Of a stretch of 64,000 nt of DNA, positions 14,684 through 28,319 are shown piece after piece. Under the pieces are notes generated by a model. The model made no database searches, was not told the origin of the DNA, and worked only from the letters and a program-made list of their open reading frames with translations. A program made the position numbers and the translations under genes. The stretch spans positions 11,485,443 through 11,549,442 of the forward strand of contig NC_068986.1 of the NCBI RefSeq assembly GCF_001194135.2, written 5' to 3'. Origin of the DNA: Octopus bimaculoides (taxonomy: Eukaryota). Positions within the stretch are counted from its first letter, which is position 1. Each line of letters begins with the position of its first letter.

Positions 14684-15046
14684 GCACTCTGTCGGTTACA
14701 ACGACAAGGGTTCCAGTTGATCTGATTAACGGAACAGCCTGCTTGTAGAATTAACGTGTAAGTGGCTGAGCACTCCACAGACATGTGTAACCTTAACGTA
14801 GTTCTTGGGGGAGATTCAGCATGACACAGAGTGTGACAAGGCTGGCCCTTTGAAATATAAGTACAAGAGAAACAGGAAGAAAGGGTGAGAGAAAATTGTG
14901 GTGAACGAGTACAGCAGGATTCGCCATCACCCCCTGCTGGAGCCTCGTGGAGCTTTAAGTGTTTTCGCTCAATAAACACTCACAACGCCCGGTCTGGGAA
15001 TCGAAACTGCGATCCCACTGCACTATCCACTGGGCCATTGCGCCTC
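14684..15046 (-). mobile_element. tRNA-derived SINE (different middle module + tail X)
   Basis: - strand head GCGCAATGGCCCAGTGG..GTTTCGATTCCC. 14684-14850 is homologous to 23839-24003. Confidence 0.8.
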
Positions 15047-16884
15047 TCCAGATGTCCATAGGCGAAAAATGGCTGCTGAGAACCGCTGGATTAGATGGAA
15101 AACTGAATGTTAAAATTTTGATAATGAGGTAGAGGGAGAGGGGGGCATTTAAAGAATATAAACTGAATTATATAAGGTGTTCGGCTTATATCAGAGATGT
15201 TTACTCTTGTTGATTTAGACAATCACCTGTATAATACAGAATGTGATAGTAACTTTATAGTTATGTTTAGAAGTGAAGACCAGCCCTTATAAGAGGCTCT
15301 TTTATTCTATCATTGATGCTCCAGAACCAAGAAATAGGGGAAAAGAGAAGAAATAACACCCACACTCTAAATACACATCTTGAAACGAAGAATTAAATTA
15401 GGGTGATTGGGCCTGAATAAATGAGGACAAATATGGCAGGGGTCTCTACATCATGCAGTGAGTGGATTATTGAGGCTTTTTTAATTGTTATTTAACCCTA
15501 GGTTTCTCTTGATAAACCTTTGATCAAAGATGTTCTGATCATGACCATCCTGTCTATTTGTTTAATTGTGTCTGTATTGTTTAGTGTTCCCCCTTTTTTT
15601 TTTTTTTTTGGTTTTTTAAAGACAGAAAGGTATAATTTGAGGTAGATTTGGTTGTCATTTCGAGATGTGAGGCTCCTTTGTTGGTTTGTGATTAACAATG
15701 ATGATGAATGTTGTTTTGGTGATGGTGACAATGAAGCAGAAGACAACACTTACACTATATTTCATAAACTTCATTTTTAAAAGTATCAATTTTATTATAT
15801 CATCATCATCATCATCATCAATATTTTTTACCGTTTTTCTTTCCTGACACATTAGATGGATTGACTCAGCTAATGTTTTACACAAGTACAGCCTTCAGCT
15901 ATTTTCTCTTCTTGTTTAAAAGCGTCTTTAAGTCAACCTTCAACATCTCTAAGAATTTCAGATATATTTTTTGTTTTTGTTAATGCATTGTTAACTGATG
16001 TTGCTTTTCTATACACTTCACATGGACAAGCCAGTCGTCTGTATCTAATTAATGCATGGTTCGTTAAGCAGCATCTTGTAGTTACATAGTAGTTAATATG
16101 CTGTCTTTCTTTAGCCTATCAATCAGTGAATAAGCACCAGATCTCTCTAACTTTTTGGTTTGTTTGTATTCTGATAATGTTTCATATCTAATTTACTACA
16201 GCATCACATTCAGAATGGGTTTATTTATTTATCCCCCCCCCCTTTTTAAAATCTAATTTAATTTGTTCCACTTTCAGTTTTCTCATTCTGTTAAGAGTAT
16301 AAACTTATTAACTGCTTGGAAACTTTTAAATTGAATGCAATTTAAATCTAATGATTCGGTGCTAATTATTTTATCGTTTTCTTTCCGTTGCTTTGTTGTC
16401 TAGTTTTGGTCCCATTAAGGACCACATCTGTAAGTCCCCTCCACTCATCATCATTTAACATCCGCTTTTCTGTGCTAGCATGGGTTGGGCAAAACTTGTT
16501 GAGTTAGATTGTAATGTTATTATAAGTTTGAATATGCTCGAGGCTTGTTTGAACCGGTGAACAAGCTACTCACTGCATTTTGTTACAGAGAATATATCCC
16601 GTTTGTTGACAAATGACGTCTATACACCTAGATCAACTTGCAGCTGTAATTGTTGAGTTAGTTTTTCAACTGCTGGATGCCCTCCTTGTCACCAACCCTC
16701 ACTTCTGTCTCTGAATAAGATTATATTTCTCCACTGCCAGATATGTTTTCATGAAATATTACAAACAAATGACACTGCTTGTATGATGGTGGCACTCATT
16801 CACAGCTATCAAGACAAAGAAACAGTAACACATGCACACACACACACGCACGCACGCACACACACACACACACANNNNNNNNNN

Positions 16885-16933
<49 letters not shown>

Positions 16934-19900
16934 CATAGTTTCTTTCAATTTCCATCTTGCATATCCTCACACATTGCCTTGATCAGCTGTAGTGGATCAG
17001 GTGCCTTGTAGCAAGACTGGACCTGAAACCCATGTGGTTCAGAAGCAAACTTCTTAACCACACACCCACACCTGCACCTATTTGGTGCATTGTATAGTAT
17101 CCGCTCTTTAAATATACATAAATCGCCCCTTATTTTCTTTTCATTCTCCTTATTGAGATCCTTATATTATGCAAAGTCACCTTTGTTCAAATGAGCATCA
17201 TTCTATACAAAATACTTATTGTAAAATTTATTTACTCTTCTGAAATATGTGGTAGGTAGCTTGCTTACCAATCACATGGTTCCGAGAAATCTGTCATGTA
17301 TATATATATGTGTGTGTGTGTGTGTTTGTCCCTCCAACATCGCTTGATAACCGATGCTGGTGTGTTTACATCCCCGTAACTTACCGGTTCGGCAAAAGAG
17401 ACCGATAGAATAAGTACTAGGCTTACAAGGAGTAAGTCCTGGGGTTGATTTACTTGACTAAAGGTGGTGCTCCAGCATGGCTGCATTCAAATGACTGAAA
17501 CAAATAAAAGAATTTTCTATGCTTTGGTTGTGATCAAAGATTCTTGGCCTGAAAATATTTCCACAGTTTAGTGGCACAAACATTGTCAGACACTCAAAGA
17601 GTTTTCTCTACCAATCAGTGAATCTTGATATTGAGTCAAGAACAAGTGGAATGCATGCTGTAGAAAACAGAAGACCTGTTTAGCCAACAGAACACTCGGT
17701 AATGAGGAAGTATCTAGTTAACCTCTTTTATCTTTTAATTAGACTGCAGCCATGCTGGAGCACCATCTCGAACAATTTTTACTTAAATGAATCAAACCCA
17801 TTACTTTTACTTTTTTTTAAAACCTGATACTTATTCCTTTTATCCCTTTTGCTGAACTGTAAAGTTACGGAGACGTAAACACACTAATATCAGTTGTTAA
17901 TTGGTGGTGGTGTATGGAGGGGCAAACACGCATGATATGCTTCTTTCAGTTTCTGTCCACCAAATTCACTCACGAGGTTTTGGTCAGCCCGAGGCTATAG
18001 TAGAGACACTTGCTGAAGGTGCCATGCAGTGGGAGTGAACTTGGAGCCATGTGGTTGGGAAGCAAGCTTCTTACCACACAGCCAAGCCTCTGTTACTATC
18101 TTATGTATAAAGAGCAAACTAGTTTAGTGATAGGGGCAGGCATTGCTGTGTGGTTGACAAGCTTGCTTCTCAACCATTTGGTCTCTGGTTCAGTCCCATT
18201 GTGCAGTAGCTTGAATAAATGTGTGTCTTGACATCCTGGTGATGATTGCAAATGAGCATCGCCCATCATAGAAGCAATGTTTGTTTTCATGGAGAAACAG
18301 GTGAGAGGAAGCGTGTCCAGACATAGAAAAATCTGCCTCAAATTCAGTCTGACCCAGGCAAGCATGGAACAGTGGACATTAAATGATGATGATGATGATG
18401 ATGATGATGATAGTTGTTGAGACTTCAGTGAATAAATATGATGTAGTAAGCATGTTAATTTGTCAGCATGGTCAGATGTAAGGTATTGTAACAAGTGGTT
18501 TTCTTATCTTCGAAAAAGAAAGTTTGGCACTGTGTCTGCTGTAGTGATGGCATAAAACTGAGGTAGTCTTGCCAGACTAACCCATTTGACCTTTTCAAGT
18601 ATGGTAAAGTAGATGACAAAGTCATAAATCTAATGTTGATTTGCATTTTACTTAAGTTAGCAGTACAGATTTTTGATTTTAGACTTGTTTGACTACTTAC
18701 TCAGGTTTTAAAATCATAACAGCTTCTCATGTTTTATCTCTGGAAATGGTGAATCATAATTTCTATACATGAGACTACAAACTTATAATCACCGTCTTCC
18801 ATTGCTATTGTCGTCGTCTTCTGTTTCTTTATCTGCATTATTATTGTTGATTGGGCAGAACCATTAGATTACTGGACAAAATATTCCTTCTGTGTCCTTG
18901 TGTTCTGATTTCAAGTCTCACCAAGGTCAACTTCCAGAGTCAATAAACTAAAGTACCAGTCAAGTACTAGCCACAATGTTATTGACCAACCCCCTTCTCC
19001 CCAAATCGCTGACCTTGTGCCAAAATTCGAAACCATTATTTTTTTTTTTTATTCATTTACTTGTTTCAGTCATTTCACTGTGGCCATGCTGGAGCACCAC
19101 CTTATAGAGTTTTATTCAAACAAATCAACCTCAGGACTTACTTGTTAAAACCCAGTACTTATTCTATCAGTCTCTTTTGCTGAACCACTAAGTTACGTGG
19201 ACATAAATACACCAACACCAGTTGTCAAGTGGTGATGGGCGGGGGACAAAACACACACACACACACACACATATGACCGGCTTCTTTCAGTTTCCATCTA
19301 CCAAATCCACTCACAAGGCTTTGGTTGACCAGAGGCTATAGTAGAAGACACTTGCTCAAGGTGCCATGCAGTGGGACTGAACCTGGAATCATGTGATTGA
19401 GAAGCAAGCTTCTTACCACACAGAAGCATGCTTCTTACCTACACCTGATTAATAAATTGTATTATTTTATTTTTAAAGTCAGCTGGCATGGCTGTGTGGT
19501 ATGAAGTTTGCTTCCCAACTACATGGTTCTGCGTTCAGTTCCACAGCATGCCACCTTGGGCTGACCAAAACCTTGTGAATAAATTTGGTAGGTGGAAACT
19601 GAAAGAAGTCCATAGTTTTTTATTTTATTTTTGTAATCACAAGTGATGCTTTTTGGGGGGAAAAAAAAGTTGGGGGCATATACTGACCCTGGTCTCTTTA
19701 TCATTATTGAAAGGATGATAGACAGATATATTTAACACTGGTGGAATTTGAACTCAGATTCAAAGCAAAAGAAACAAAACACTACAATGTATTTTGTCCA
19801 TTGAGGTATTTCTTTGTTCATCATCAACACCTGGATAAATACTGTCTCAAATCCTAGAACTCAAAGGGCCAGTGACCCAGTTTTCATGGCATAAGAGTAA

Positions 19901-20583
19901 CCAAGATCACAACATCTCCCATGAATGAGACATCACTTTATTGCTGCAGGGCTCATTAACTGTTGAGTGAGCTAGAGCAATATGAAATGAAGAGTTTTGC
20001 TCAAGAACACACAGCACTGCCTGTCTGTGAATCAAAATCATGATCTTATGATCAACACCGTAACTGCTAGGCCACACCTCTTTATTTAATAATGTATTAG
20101 GTGTTTCCTTTAAATCTGCTCCATTATAATTTAAATTGTAAATAGTAGGCTGCATACGGATTGAGACATAGCTTATACCGTTGTGCTGCAAGTCCTCAGA
20201 TAGGTTGTTGTGGAGATTACTAGTTGCCCAAACACTGAAGTATCCGACTATTTTATCTGTTTTATGTTAAAACTAGCCAGATCCAGCCTTTCACTCTTAC
20301 TCTACGATGTCATTTTAAAAATAAACAATCACATCATCGAAATCTCAATGCTATGAGATAATGCATGATTCATTCGAAACAATGAATAAATAAGCATTAC
20401 ATTATCAGAGCAATCAGAATGCTAATGAGTTAAGGCATTCTTTTGATACAGAATGGATAATTTATTTTTTGTTTTAAATAAGAGAAATAGCAGCTCAGTT
20501 AATTTATACAGTTCTATATTTGATAGATGAGGAATTATATACATTATTTACATTAGACGGATATTTGTCCTCATCTTGCCCAT

Positions 20584-20654
20584 GGGCATATAGTATAGTG
20601 GTTAAGAGTGCGGGCTACTAACCCCAAGATTCCAAGTTCGATTCCAGGCAGTGA

Positions 20655-20703
<49 letters not shown>

Positions 20704-20866
20704 TGAATAATAATAATAACATCGAAAAATACCTTAGGAATGAGAACCCAGGTTCTAAATTTCCCCAAGATACCTGATGAAGGCTGGAGGGTATATCAGC
20801 CGAAACGTTGTGTTAACAACAAACAAGATGAGGACAAATATCTGTCAAATGTAAATAATGTAAATA
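20584..20866 (+). mobile_element. tRNA-headed SINE-like element with (AAT)n spacer and Penelope-type hammerhead-containing tail
   Basis: A box TAGTATAGTGG 20591-20601, B box GTTCGATTCC 20636-20645, (AAT)n ~20659-20719, then a unique tail with a hammerhead core. Homologous copy at 4586-4755 (-) and tail fragment at ~36301-36342. Confidence 0.8.
20769..20814 (+). ncRNA. Minimal type-I hammerhead ribozyme (predicted)
   Basis: GATAC-CTGATGA-A-GGCTG-(GAGGGTATAT)-CAGCC-GAAA-C-GTT-GTGTT. All conserved core nucleotides are present, with a 5-bp stem II, 5-bp stem I (two G.U), palindromic ACGT stem III and a GUU cleavage triplet ending at 20809. Activity untested. Confidence 0.75.
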
Positions 20867-22508
20867 AACAGTTANNNNNNNNNNTATATCAGCCGAAACG
20901 TTGTGTTAACAACAAACAAGATGAGGACAAATATCTGTCAAATGTAAATAATGTAAATAAACAGTTAATTTAGTTTTTTTGTGTATTTTAATTTTGGTTT
21001 TCAATGTTAGTAAAAATATATCTGGTTCCATGCATCTTGTGTTAGAAACTTAACTCTACTTGCCTTATATAAAGCATTAATTTATTATATATCAGGATTT
21101 GGGGGGGGGGGGGCTATATTTCGTTCTGTTGTCATAAAATATGCTTCATGCAAACAACTATATCAGACTATATTCATTCCATTGTGCTTATTTAGTGTGT
21201 TTGAATATTTGTTATACAGTTGATGTCACCCATTCAACTTTAACCAGTCTCCCTTGGGAATGATATAAGTTGTAACCTTGTTATCAAAATTCTGATTCTG
21301 CATATTCAAATGAGAAACAAAAACACACACATACAAAATTAAAAATTTTTTTTTTATTTTATATAAATCAAACTGCAAAAAATACATCAAAGAAAGCAAT
21401 AACACTTAAAATATAAATCAGAAATATGTCTCGAAATTTAAATGTAAGTCTCGGTAATTATTGAAAAATTAAACCTAAAATAAAAATACTTTGATATCTG
21501 TCAAAGGAAGGATAGAAAAAATTTGCATAAAACAGGAGTTACATAATTATCGTTTCTCACACATAAAGATGTTAGAAATGCTATGAGGTAAGGTTAGTAA
21601 TATCTCCCTAAATTCGGTATGATAGTAAACCAGTGCATCATAAGCTATTCAAGGAAATGCAGAGTGCCAAAACAGGGAGTCAACATTAATATTGGACAGC
21701 TTGGGATGTGACACAACTAAGATTTTCTGAGGAAACAATATAGGTGTGTGAGACGTATTATCGAATTTGTTAATAACAACTTTACCTAATTAAACAAAGA
21801 GAATTGATCAGAGCATGTGTGGATGCATACATGCACAAAAATGCTGTATGTACATGAATGTATGTATATTGTATTTTGTATGCATGTGTGCACACATACA
21901 CATAAATGCTGTGTGTGTGTGTGTAGATATGTACCTGAATATATATATATATATATATATATANNNNNNNNNNNNNNNNNNNNNNNNNNNNNNNNNNNNN
22001 NNNNNNNNNNNNNNNNNNNNNNNNNNNNNNNNNNNNNNNNNNNNNNNNNNNNNNNNNNNNNNNNNNNNNNNNNNNNNNNNNNNNNNNNNNNNNNNNNNNN
22101 NNNNNNNNNNNNNNNNNNNNNNNNNNNNNNNNNNNNNNNNNNNNNNNNNNNNNNNNNNNNNNNNNNNNNNNNNNNNNNNNNNNNNNNNNNNNNNNNNNNN
22201 NNNNNNNNNNNNNNNNNNNNNNNNNNNNNNNNNNNNNNNNNNNNNNNNNNNNNNNNNNNNNNNNNNNNNNNNNNNNNNNNNNNNNNNNNNNNNNNNNNNN
22301 NNNNNNNNNNNNNNNNNNNNNNNNNNNNNNNNNNNNNNNNNNNNNNNNNNNNNNNNNNNNNTAAAGTAAATATCATAAGATAAATATAATAAAAAGATTA
22401 CACGTGTTTCATAACTAATTTTCAAATAGAAAGGAAATTTAAATCGATTAAAATCAATTGAAATTATCGAAAATAAATTCTATTCAAAAATATAGCTAAT
22501 CGTCAGAT

Positions 22509-22541
<33 letters not shown>

Positions 22542-23679
22542 TCATTGTATGCACGTACATAAAGCATATGTGCAGTATGCAAGCATTTCAAGCTCACCTG
22601 TGATGGTGCCACATAAAAAAGCACCCAGCACTCTCTGTAAAGAGGTTGGTACCAGGAGGGGCATCCAGCCATAGAAACCTTACCAAGACAGACAATGGAA
22701 CCCAGTACAGCTCCTGTGATACAGTCCATCCCATGCCAGCATGGAAAATGGCTGTTAAATGATGATGACAACGAGGATTGTATGTATACATATGGAAGTC
22801 TGTATACATTCCCTGCATATACAACCATATAACATGCATCTGTACATGAACATGCATGGTTATGGACAAGTACTATATGTTATAAAGCACACACCCTGCT
22901 AAGTGTATGTATACAATTGCAGGCAATATGTGAATATGTATGCACTCACTGCTACCATGCACATATATACACATATATGTGTGTGTGTGTGTGTTTATAT
23001 AGGTCTGTACAGATCTGTAATGTAAGAGAACAGGATAGGCATAAACAGTTAACCACAAATACACAGGCCTGAATGAAGACCCTGATATGTGAATGCATCT
23101 TTCTACATGCAATCATAAAGGTTGGTTTAGGGTTCTATTATCTGTGAGAATGTGTGTAGTATTTGAATAAAGAGGCATTTTTTAATCTCTTATATGGATG
23201 TTAAGGCTCTGAATTCAATTCTGCTGTGTGACATCTTGAGCAAGTGCACCATGTTTCGATCTTGTGAGTTAGTGACTTTCTGTATATGGGAACTGTGTGG
23301 ATTCTGTTGAATGGGTCATGCCTGGAATTCAAATATCCAACCTTACTGCATGGTATCACATTGATTTTACTTCATTAAGGATACATATTTCTGTGGAATA
23401 CTCAACCAGTTCCCATTGCTAGTTCAATGCAGTTGATTGAATAACTGGACTTTCATACATTGAAGTAGAAGGAAGTCATCATCATCGTGATGACCACCAC
23501 CACTGCTTAAAACTGTTGCGTTAATATAATCAACTAAACCAATGAAGGTGGTGCCCCTGCATGGCCACGATCCAATGACTGAATGTAGTAAATGAATAAA
23601 AGAAAATATATTACATTTTTATAATTAAATGTTAGGAACTGTTAAAATACCTTGTGTATTGTAGAAGTATGAGCAATTT

Positions 23680-24003
23680 GTGAAGGTTTGTGGCTTAGTG
23701 GTTAGGACATTTGGCTCATGATTGTAAAGTCGTGAGTTCAATTCCTGGCAACGCGTTGCGTCCTTGAGCAAGACACTTTATTTCACTTTGCTCCAGTCCA
23801 CTCAGCTGGCAAAAATGAGTTGTACCTGTAATTCACAAGGGGCCAGCCTTGTCACATTCTGTGTCATGCTGAATCTCCCTGAGAACTACGTTAATGGTAC
23901 ACGTGTCAGTGGAGTGCTCAGCCACTTGCACGTTAATTTCATGAGCAAGTCGTTCCGTTGATTGTATCAGCTGGGACCCTCGTCGTCGTAACCAACGGAG
24001 TGC
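23680..24003 (+). mobile_element. tRNA-derived SINE family 3 (head + CORE-like block + tail X)
   Basis: Head GTGGCTTAGTGGTTAGG..GAGTTCAATTCC, then GTCCTTGAGCAAGACACTTTATTTCAC. Tail 23839-24003 is shared with the element at 14684-15046. Confidence 0.8.
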
Positions 24004-26092
24004 TTTAATAAGCAATTTACTGCAGATAAACTTCAACAACAAAATCTTAACTGGACCCCTGTTGAGAACCACTGACAAAATAATAGGTGGTAACAGAACA
24101 ATGAATAGTAACTAGTGCAATATTTAAGTTACTCTAACCCCCCCCCCCCATCTCATACAAATAAATATGTTAGAATATTATCTTTTGCTTGTTTCAGTCA
24201 TTGGACTTAGGCAATGCTGGGGCACCGTCTCAAAGGAATTTTAGCCAAACTGTCAACACTGATTGTCAAGTAGTAGGGTGGGGACTAACATAAATACGCA
24301 CCATATGTATAAACGTTGGGTTTGCACATATCTTTTGCCATAGAATACACTTGCCGTAGAAGCCATGCAGTGAGACTGAACCTGAAACGACAGAATTGCA
24401 AAATGAGCTTCTTAATTACACAACCATGGCTGTGCCTAGTTCTACTTCAGATGTCTTGTGGATGGTTTGCATGCAACAATTTTGTGTAAACCAACATTCT
24501 CAGAACGACCAAAGATTGTCAGCATCTTTTAAAGCAATTTAACTAAAACATGGTTGATTAATGGGTTTATATTTATTTTAGAAATGAATAAACTTGAGCA
24601 AGGTTGGGTGTGGCTTTGAGTAAAGTGTTTGTGTGTGTGTGTGTGTGCACATGCTGATGTCTCTAATTTTCTCTGCATATTAGTTTATCTGAAGAAAGAA
24701 AGGTAGTATCTATCTCTCTATATATCTATCTATCTATCATATATCTATCTATCATATATATATATATATATATANNNNNNNNNNNNNNNNNNNNNNNNNN
24801 NNNNNNNNNNNNNNNNNNNNNNNNNNNNNNNNNNNNNNNNNATATATATAAGCTCTTTAGAGACGTTTTTCAGACTAGAAAATTAGGAAAAGTAATTAAG
24901 GCTTGTGTGGTTAATGTTTAATTTTAAGTTATTACAGTTTGGTATTTTAGAAGGAAACATAGGTAGGAATGTTTAGAGTTTCATTTCTCATGATGATAGA
25001 CTGCATAGGCTATTTATTATGCAAGATGGCTAATAAGAGGGAGAAGAGAAAATTGTAAGTGACAGGAAAGGAATGAGAACAGATCTTCGTGTGTTTTTAG
25101 CTTTTGAAAATACAGTACAAGAAAAGGTCTCAGTTGTCGAAAGTCATTGTATTGACATGTTTAAGAGCAATTTATTTTAAGTAAAGTAAGTACTGTTTTG
25201 AGTCCCAGTACTCATAAAATCAGTTACTGGGTTTTCATGGCATATAAATGAGTGAGACCTAAGCATTCCTCCTGGCCAGGGTGCTAGTCCATCACCTGGT
25301 TATTCATCTACAGACAAGTGGTCTGGAGCCATGTGAACTGAAGTATTTTGCTCAAGAATACAACTCATCACTCTGTCAGGGAATTGAAACTACAACCTTG
25401 TAATTAATTGTAAGGGCAAACCCCCAACCACTAAGGCTTCACAGTTTCTTTTATGACATGGAAGAAATTTTTGAATAAAAGCAATAATGACAAACATTCT
25501 AATGAAAACTAATGTTTTTGTCAAATTAGGAAAACTAATAAGCCTTAGGTAGATTAAATGTTGGTTTGTAATTAGCAGCTCTTGGAAATACATGGAAATT
25601 ATTTCTGTCTTTGCACACACACAAAAAGTGTGTGGGGGGGGGGGGGGGGGATGAATTATTTTCTAGAAAATAGTTATTTCTTAAAAGTCTCTAAATTTAT
25701 AAAGAAAGAAAATATAAATTGTCTGCTGTTCTTTTATCAAGTCTGTTTGAATGATGGATTGATTGCTGACTCAAATTGCCCAGCTGTTTTTAGTTTGACT
25801 CCATGGCACCACATTAAAGAATTTAAGAACCTTAACATTGAGAGATATGATAATATTCTCTTTTCTTGCATTTTTTGATAATTGATAATTTTTGCAATTT
25901 TCATGTCGATGTACCTGTAATCCTGAAAATTATATCATTAAGCATTGTTATTTCAGTAAAAAATAATAATAATGATAATAAAAACTTATTTCTGTTGTTT
26001 GTGTAAATTTTCAAATTATTGATTTTAGTTAGCTTTAGGGCATTTCTTCTTTCTGCCAGTCTCTGTTGAAGATTTAACATTGCTGTTGCATT

Positions 26093-26179
26093 AGTTATTA
26101 TTATTATTATTATCATCATCATCATCATCATCATCTTCTTCTTCTTCTTCTACTTTTTCTTCTTCTTCTTCTTCTTCTA
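26093..26179. repeat. Compound microsatellite (TTA)n(TCA)n(TCT)n; representative of many (TA)n, (CA)n, (CT)n and (AAT)n tracts
   Basis: Directly visible. Most N gaps are bordered by such tracts. Confidence 0.95.
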
Positions 26180-28060
26180 GCTGCAAGAGGATTTTCACAA
26201 GACTATATTTTACTTGTTGTTTATGCCGATGGGAATCTATAAAAACATATGAGTTCTAATTATGAATGGATGATATTTCCTTCATATCAAACATCAAAAT
26301 TACTCTCTAAATAAAGTGTTGAGTACAGTTGCAGAATTTTCTTAATTATAATAACATTATAGTACATTAAGGAACTGGCTTAGGGGGGGGGGGAGAAAGA
26401 AACTGGCTTGCTGTTTTAAAGTGTACATTTACTTATCAGTCTTTCCTGGAAGTTTGTGGAAGCAAGGTCTGGGAATCAAAGGGCCTTAAAGTCAATTTAG
26501 ACCAAAGTCTTTAGTAAGTGGGAAAACAGACAAATAACAAATCTCTTCAGCCTTCACATTATTCTGTCTAATGCAAAAGTTATTTATTCACATTGTTTTG
26601 AATTAATCGTAGCTTTGAGATTTTGATGAGGTGACTTAATTTTTTTAGAATGATATTGTAGGGTTAGTGTGAGAAACCACATCTGTCCGGTTTGAACATA
26701 AAACAGGTGGAATATTTTGGCTGGAAGTGGTCAGTTTAAATGTCAAAGGATTAAATGGTCTACCCAATATTGTCCTACCTGCATTTAATTAATAAGACCT
26801 ACTCAAACATTCAAATAATGATTTAGATTCTTGAATCCCAAGATTTAAATTTCAAGCAAAAGAATATTTAAAAAATGTTGCTGTGGATTTCACTCTTTTG
26901 GTATTCAAATTTTTCCCTCAAATACAAAGCTTATTTATTCACATTGTTTCAAATTAATCATGCATTATCTTTTAGCTTTGAGATTTCAGTGCTCTGATTG
27001 TTTATCTTTAGGAAGACATTGTAGGTAGGCGTGAGAGACTGGATCTGGCTGGTTTGAATTTAAAGCAAGTAGAATATTTTTTGTAGATATAGCCTGTTTA
27101 AATGTTACAGGGTTAAATAAATGTCTCATCTACCATCAAATTTAAAAGAAAAGAACGCTTGGACATATTTATAAAGAAAACGAGAGCTTCCTTATTGGAA
27201 GTAAACTAAATATGAATAGCAAAATAATTGAGTGATGAAGTAGTGACAAAGCACTATTGAGTGATGAATTAAATCTTAAAAAATAGTGCAATTTGATTGC
27301 TGCTGCCCCTTCTTATTGTTAAGGTGGCAAGCTAATGGAATTGTTAGCAGAATCATTAGCTCACAGAATCGTTAGCATTCCAGGCAAAATATTTAATGGC
27401 ATTTCATGTCTTTATAGTTTGAGTTCAAATTCTACCGAGGTCAATTTTATCCTTCATCCTTTAGGGGTCAATAAAATAAGTACTAGATGTGCATGGGGTC
27501 AATGTAATTGGCTTGTCCCGGGCAAAATGCTTCACGGCATTTCGTCCATCTTTATGTTCTGGGTTCAAATTTCACCAAGATTGACTTTGCCTCTCATCCT
27601 TTCAGAGTCAAGAAAACAAGTACCAGTTACATACTGGAGGGTGATGTAATCAATTGACCTCACTCACTCCAAATTGCTGGCTCTGTGTCAAAATTTGAAA
27701 CTGATATTATTGTTGTTAATAGAACATTGCCCATTGTATGATGGATAACTTTGGAAATATATTTTTGCTACCATGTGTAATATCAAGAAATGTAACACAC
27801 ATCCAATAATTACAATTGAACTGTTTTCTAATTCCTTGGTGTTTATACAAAATGATGAAAGGAAAATATATTTATTACCTTAAAATAGATTTAAATAAAA
27901 CCAATTTCTCATTTGTATATTTGCAATAAATAATATGTTAATATTTTTCTAAGTTTAATCAGCATAATCCCAATCTTCTCCATCAAAAACCCATCTCTGC
28001 AAAGTCTGAAATCCTCCATCATTTGCTCACTCTCTTCTTCCATCTCCATCACTGTTTTTG

Positions 28061-28097
<37 letters not shown>

Positions 28098-28107
28098 NNN
28101 NNNNNNN

Positions 28108-28149
<42 letters not shown>

Positions 28150-28319
28150 CACAGCATTCCTTTACTCATTACCTACCACCTCATACTGCACCTCTTATAT
28201 CAACTCTTTGTATCTTTTCCCCCCTCTCCCACTCTCTAAATGATGTGAAACATGACTGGAAAAATTAATCAACTGACCAACAAACATTTATATTTGCAAT
28301 TATTATTGTATTGGCTCCA

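Noticed and set aside
20584-20656. tRNA gene
   Set aside because: A and B boxes are present, but there is no convincing acceptor stem or cloverleaf and no T-run terminator. It is a SINE head.
20885-20969. Apparent tandem duplication of the hammerhead 3' half across a 10-N gap
   Set aside because: It is identical and includes unique flank, as does the duplication across the gap at ~55096-55105. Most likely unmerged contig overlap, so it was not used as evidence for a natural dimer.
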